NCBI RefSeq assembly: GCF_009914755.1 | Contig: NC_060926.1 | Length of the DNA stretch: 64,000 bases | Source of the DNA: the human T2T-CHM13v2.0 reference genome, Homo sapiens | Strand: one strand, 5' to 3' | Shown here: one piece after another, positions 58,426 through 64,000 of the stretch | Numbering within the stretch: the stretch's first letter is position 1 | Layout of the letters: each line of letters starts with the position of its first letter | Translations under genes and position numbers: made by a program | The notes under the pieces: model-generated | Databases searched by the model: none | What the model was told of the DNA's origin: nothing | The model's input: only the letters and a program-made list of their open reading frames with translations

Positions 58426-60383
58426 ACCAACCCTATATCCTTGGAAATGAGAGAGTTAGAAAAGCAATGTCACAAGTACCATCTATTCTCATAGTGCTCT
58501 ACTCAGCTTTTTTCCAAAGTTTCCTAAGCAGCCTCAGGCTCCAGGAGCTTCTGTTTTATTGGGAATACAAGATAAGGCATTTTTAAAAAGACAGGATAGT
58601 AAGTGATCAATACCTGGGTTATGTGGTACTGATTAAGATGCTACGAGCTCTGAGATGAGAGAAATCCATGTGAACTGATAAGACCTAGCTTCAGAGGTGG
58701 ACCAGAACTTGAGCTGGCCTGGAAAGGAGAGGGCAGGATTTAGACAGGGAGGGAAGGGGGAGATGGCACTGTCAGCTTCTTGGAAAATATGCAAATTTCC
58801 TAAAAGTTCCACTGTGATTCTAATTGCATTCACTTAAGATTGCATTAGGAAGCCCCTTTCTGTAGAGCACAGCCTGACAGCTACATGGACCCCAGACAAA
58901 ACACCACACCATACCCTGAGGAGACTGCAGAAAAGAGCAGGCCAAAGAGACAGTCAGTCCCCTCTCCCTCTGCCATTAACATGCGCCAGGAAGGAAGCAG
59001 GACTTGTCATGACAACACTTAAAAAGGCACATGCCCCGCTGCTGTCTGCAGTTTGATTTGGAGGAGATGGCCGAAGAAGGTGCCCTGATGAAAAGCCTTC
59101 TATGTTCTCCTGGGCCAGGAGGATGTGGACTAGGGTGAGGAGAATGTCCAGCCTAGGTAGGGAGTTGGGGCAGAGGAGAGGAGGGGTGGAAGGTAAGCCG
59201 AGTCTTGAAACGGCTTAGTTACTGCTTCCTGATCAGTCTGCACCCAGGCAGTTCAGAACACGTGCTACTGCAGGGTTAATCATTTCTATGGCCTAAAAGC
59301 TTGATTCATAAAAAATTGAAGACTACGACACTGACTCTGGGAATTTTTTTTTTTTTTTTACATGCAGAAGTTTAACTCAGTAAGATGCCGGCTGCCTTGT
59401 AGCAATGCGATTAACCCCTATGAAGGCCGCTCAGCCCCCATCTAGCCTTCCTGGAGCATTCCTGCAGGGGAGGCATAGAAACCAACATGCCAGATGGAAC
59501 AGGAGGGTCCTTTAATGAAATTTTCAGGTTCTCCAGGTGGAGAATTTAAAAGATGTGGACAACTACTTAAATGAAGAGACAAGAAACAAAAAGGCAGTTC
59601 TAGGCACAATTCTTGAACAACGGAAAAGACAAGATGGCAGAACTTCCCCACCTTACCCAGCAGCAGAAAACGTGTGTATCTGGCTTACTCAAGAAACACT
59701 TGTAATCTGCATCATTCTGGTTTATAAAACAGAAAGGAGGATGGGCCTGGAAAGAGTGAAGGAGAGACAGGGGGAGAGAAAGGGGGAGAAAGAGAGAAGC
59801 GGGGACAGAGAGAGGGGGTGGGAAATGTTGAACATTAATGCAATCTAAAGGTTCTCTATGTCATCACCAGGCTTATTTTATTCCATTATATGTGGACTTT
59901 ACTGTGAGTTTCCAGTGAGTGTGATGCAGTCTGCCTTCTGCTAGGTGGTAATTACATCCCATAACTTATTAAATAAGAAATCCCATTTCAAAAAAAAATG
60001 TCATTACCACTAAAAATAAAAACAGGAGCTAGCTATTTATATGCTGCCTGTCACTGTGCCCTCTCACACACACAGCGGGATAAAAACAAAGACATATGTG
60101 GCACAAAAAGCGACTCTCCAGTTCCCTGAGAGCCCAGGATGCGGCAGAACTGTAGATCAGGGAGGCACGCCCATTGGCAGAAAGCCTGCTTGCTGAGTTT
60201 GTTCATTTAGGTCCATTTCGATCTACTGCTTTAGATGATCAGCAAGTAAATATCATTTCATCAAACACGCAAATCTGCCAACTTCAGAAGGAAGCTTGGT
60301 GCCCAATTCTCTGAATCCCACAGAATCTGCAGAATATAAACTTCAAGGTACAATAATATGCTACATGGACTCAAGAGACCTTG

Positions 60384-60385
<2 letters not shown>

Positions 60386-60420
<35 letters not shown>

Positions 60421-60440
60421 CTCTCTCTCTCCTCTCTCTC
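60386..60440. repeat. (CT)n microsatellite
   Basis: Directly visible. Confidence 0.9.
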
Positions 60441-60618
60441 AGAAGAAAAAAGAATGACAAGGAAAGGTTTTGGCACAGAAGCAATATAGCAAGGTAATAG
60501 GTTACTGAAAAACAACAACAAAAAAAGATGGAAAATCTATTTCCAGGCAGCTTGGTGCATATTCTGAATGAGATTATGTGCAAGTGTATGATCAATTATA
60601 CATAAAGCATAAATTTTT

Positions 60619-63655
<3,037 letters not shown>

Positions 63656-64000
63656 CACAAAGCATAAATTTTTAAACTGACCTCCACTTACTTATGTGCC
63701 AGAGTAGCTGACAGTCCATCCCCTGTGTAAAATGCCCTGACTGATCTAGACTATGTCTTGGGGTACTCACTTGGTCCTTCCTTCATTTCACCAGCTTTTA
63801 GCCAAGAAATGGTGTCACCTGCTTCCAAACCTGCTTATGTCAGTTGTATTTGTTAATACACTTACAAACACTAAATATTTATGGTAATAATAGTAGCTAG
63901 CACTATGTACTATACATTGTTCTAAGAACTTTATTTGTATTAATTGATATAATTCTCACAGCCATCGTGTGAGGTATATATGATCATTGGCCTTAATTTA

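Overview
Primate (most likely human) genomic DNA lying inside the minus-strand gene TMEM163, a CDF/ZnT-like zinc transporter. Only two coding exons are present, and the ORF track misses both. They are a 44-bp exon (17598-17641, TVSVMRYSASAFGFA) and a 92-bp exon (16120-16211, FDAILDVLSSAIVLWRYSNAAAVHSAHREY), which from recalled gene structure are exons 3 and 4. Everything else is intron, filled with about 20 Alus, old L1M/L2/MIR fragments, MaLR and ERV1 solo LTRs (including a MER41/MER4 cluster at 54.8-58.3 kb), hAT and Tigger DNA transposon relics, and a 3-kb 5'-truncated L1PA. Apart from the L1 ORF2 remnants, the listed ORFs appear to be spurious. I found no evidence of a new multi-gene system. 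The most interesting unexplained structure is a long inverted repeat in sequence I cannot assign to any repeat family (47117-47205 pairing with 47750-47833), enclosing a ~540-nt loop with splice-site-like ends. Other oddities are an inverted MER41 pair, an Alu with a fold-back duplication junction, and an Alu whose A-tail is replaced by a G-rich triplet tract. Repeat families were assigned by eye from remembered consensus sequences, and repeat boundaries without stated TSDs are approximate.
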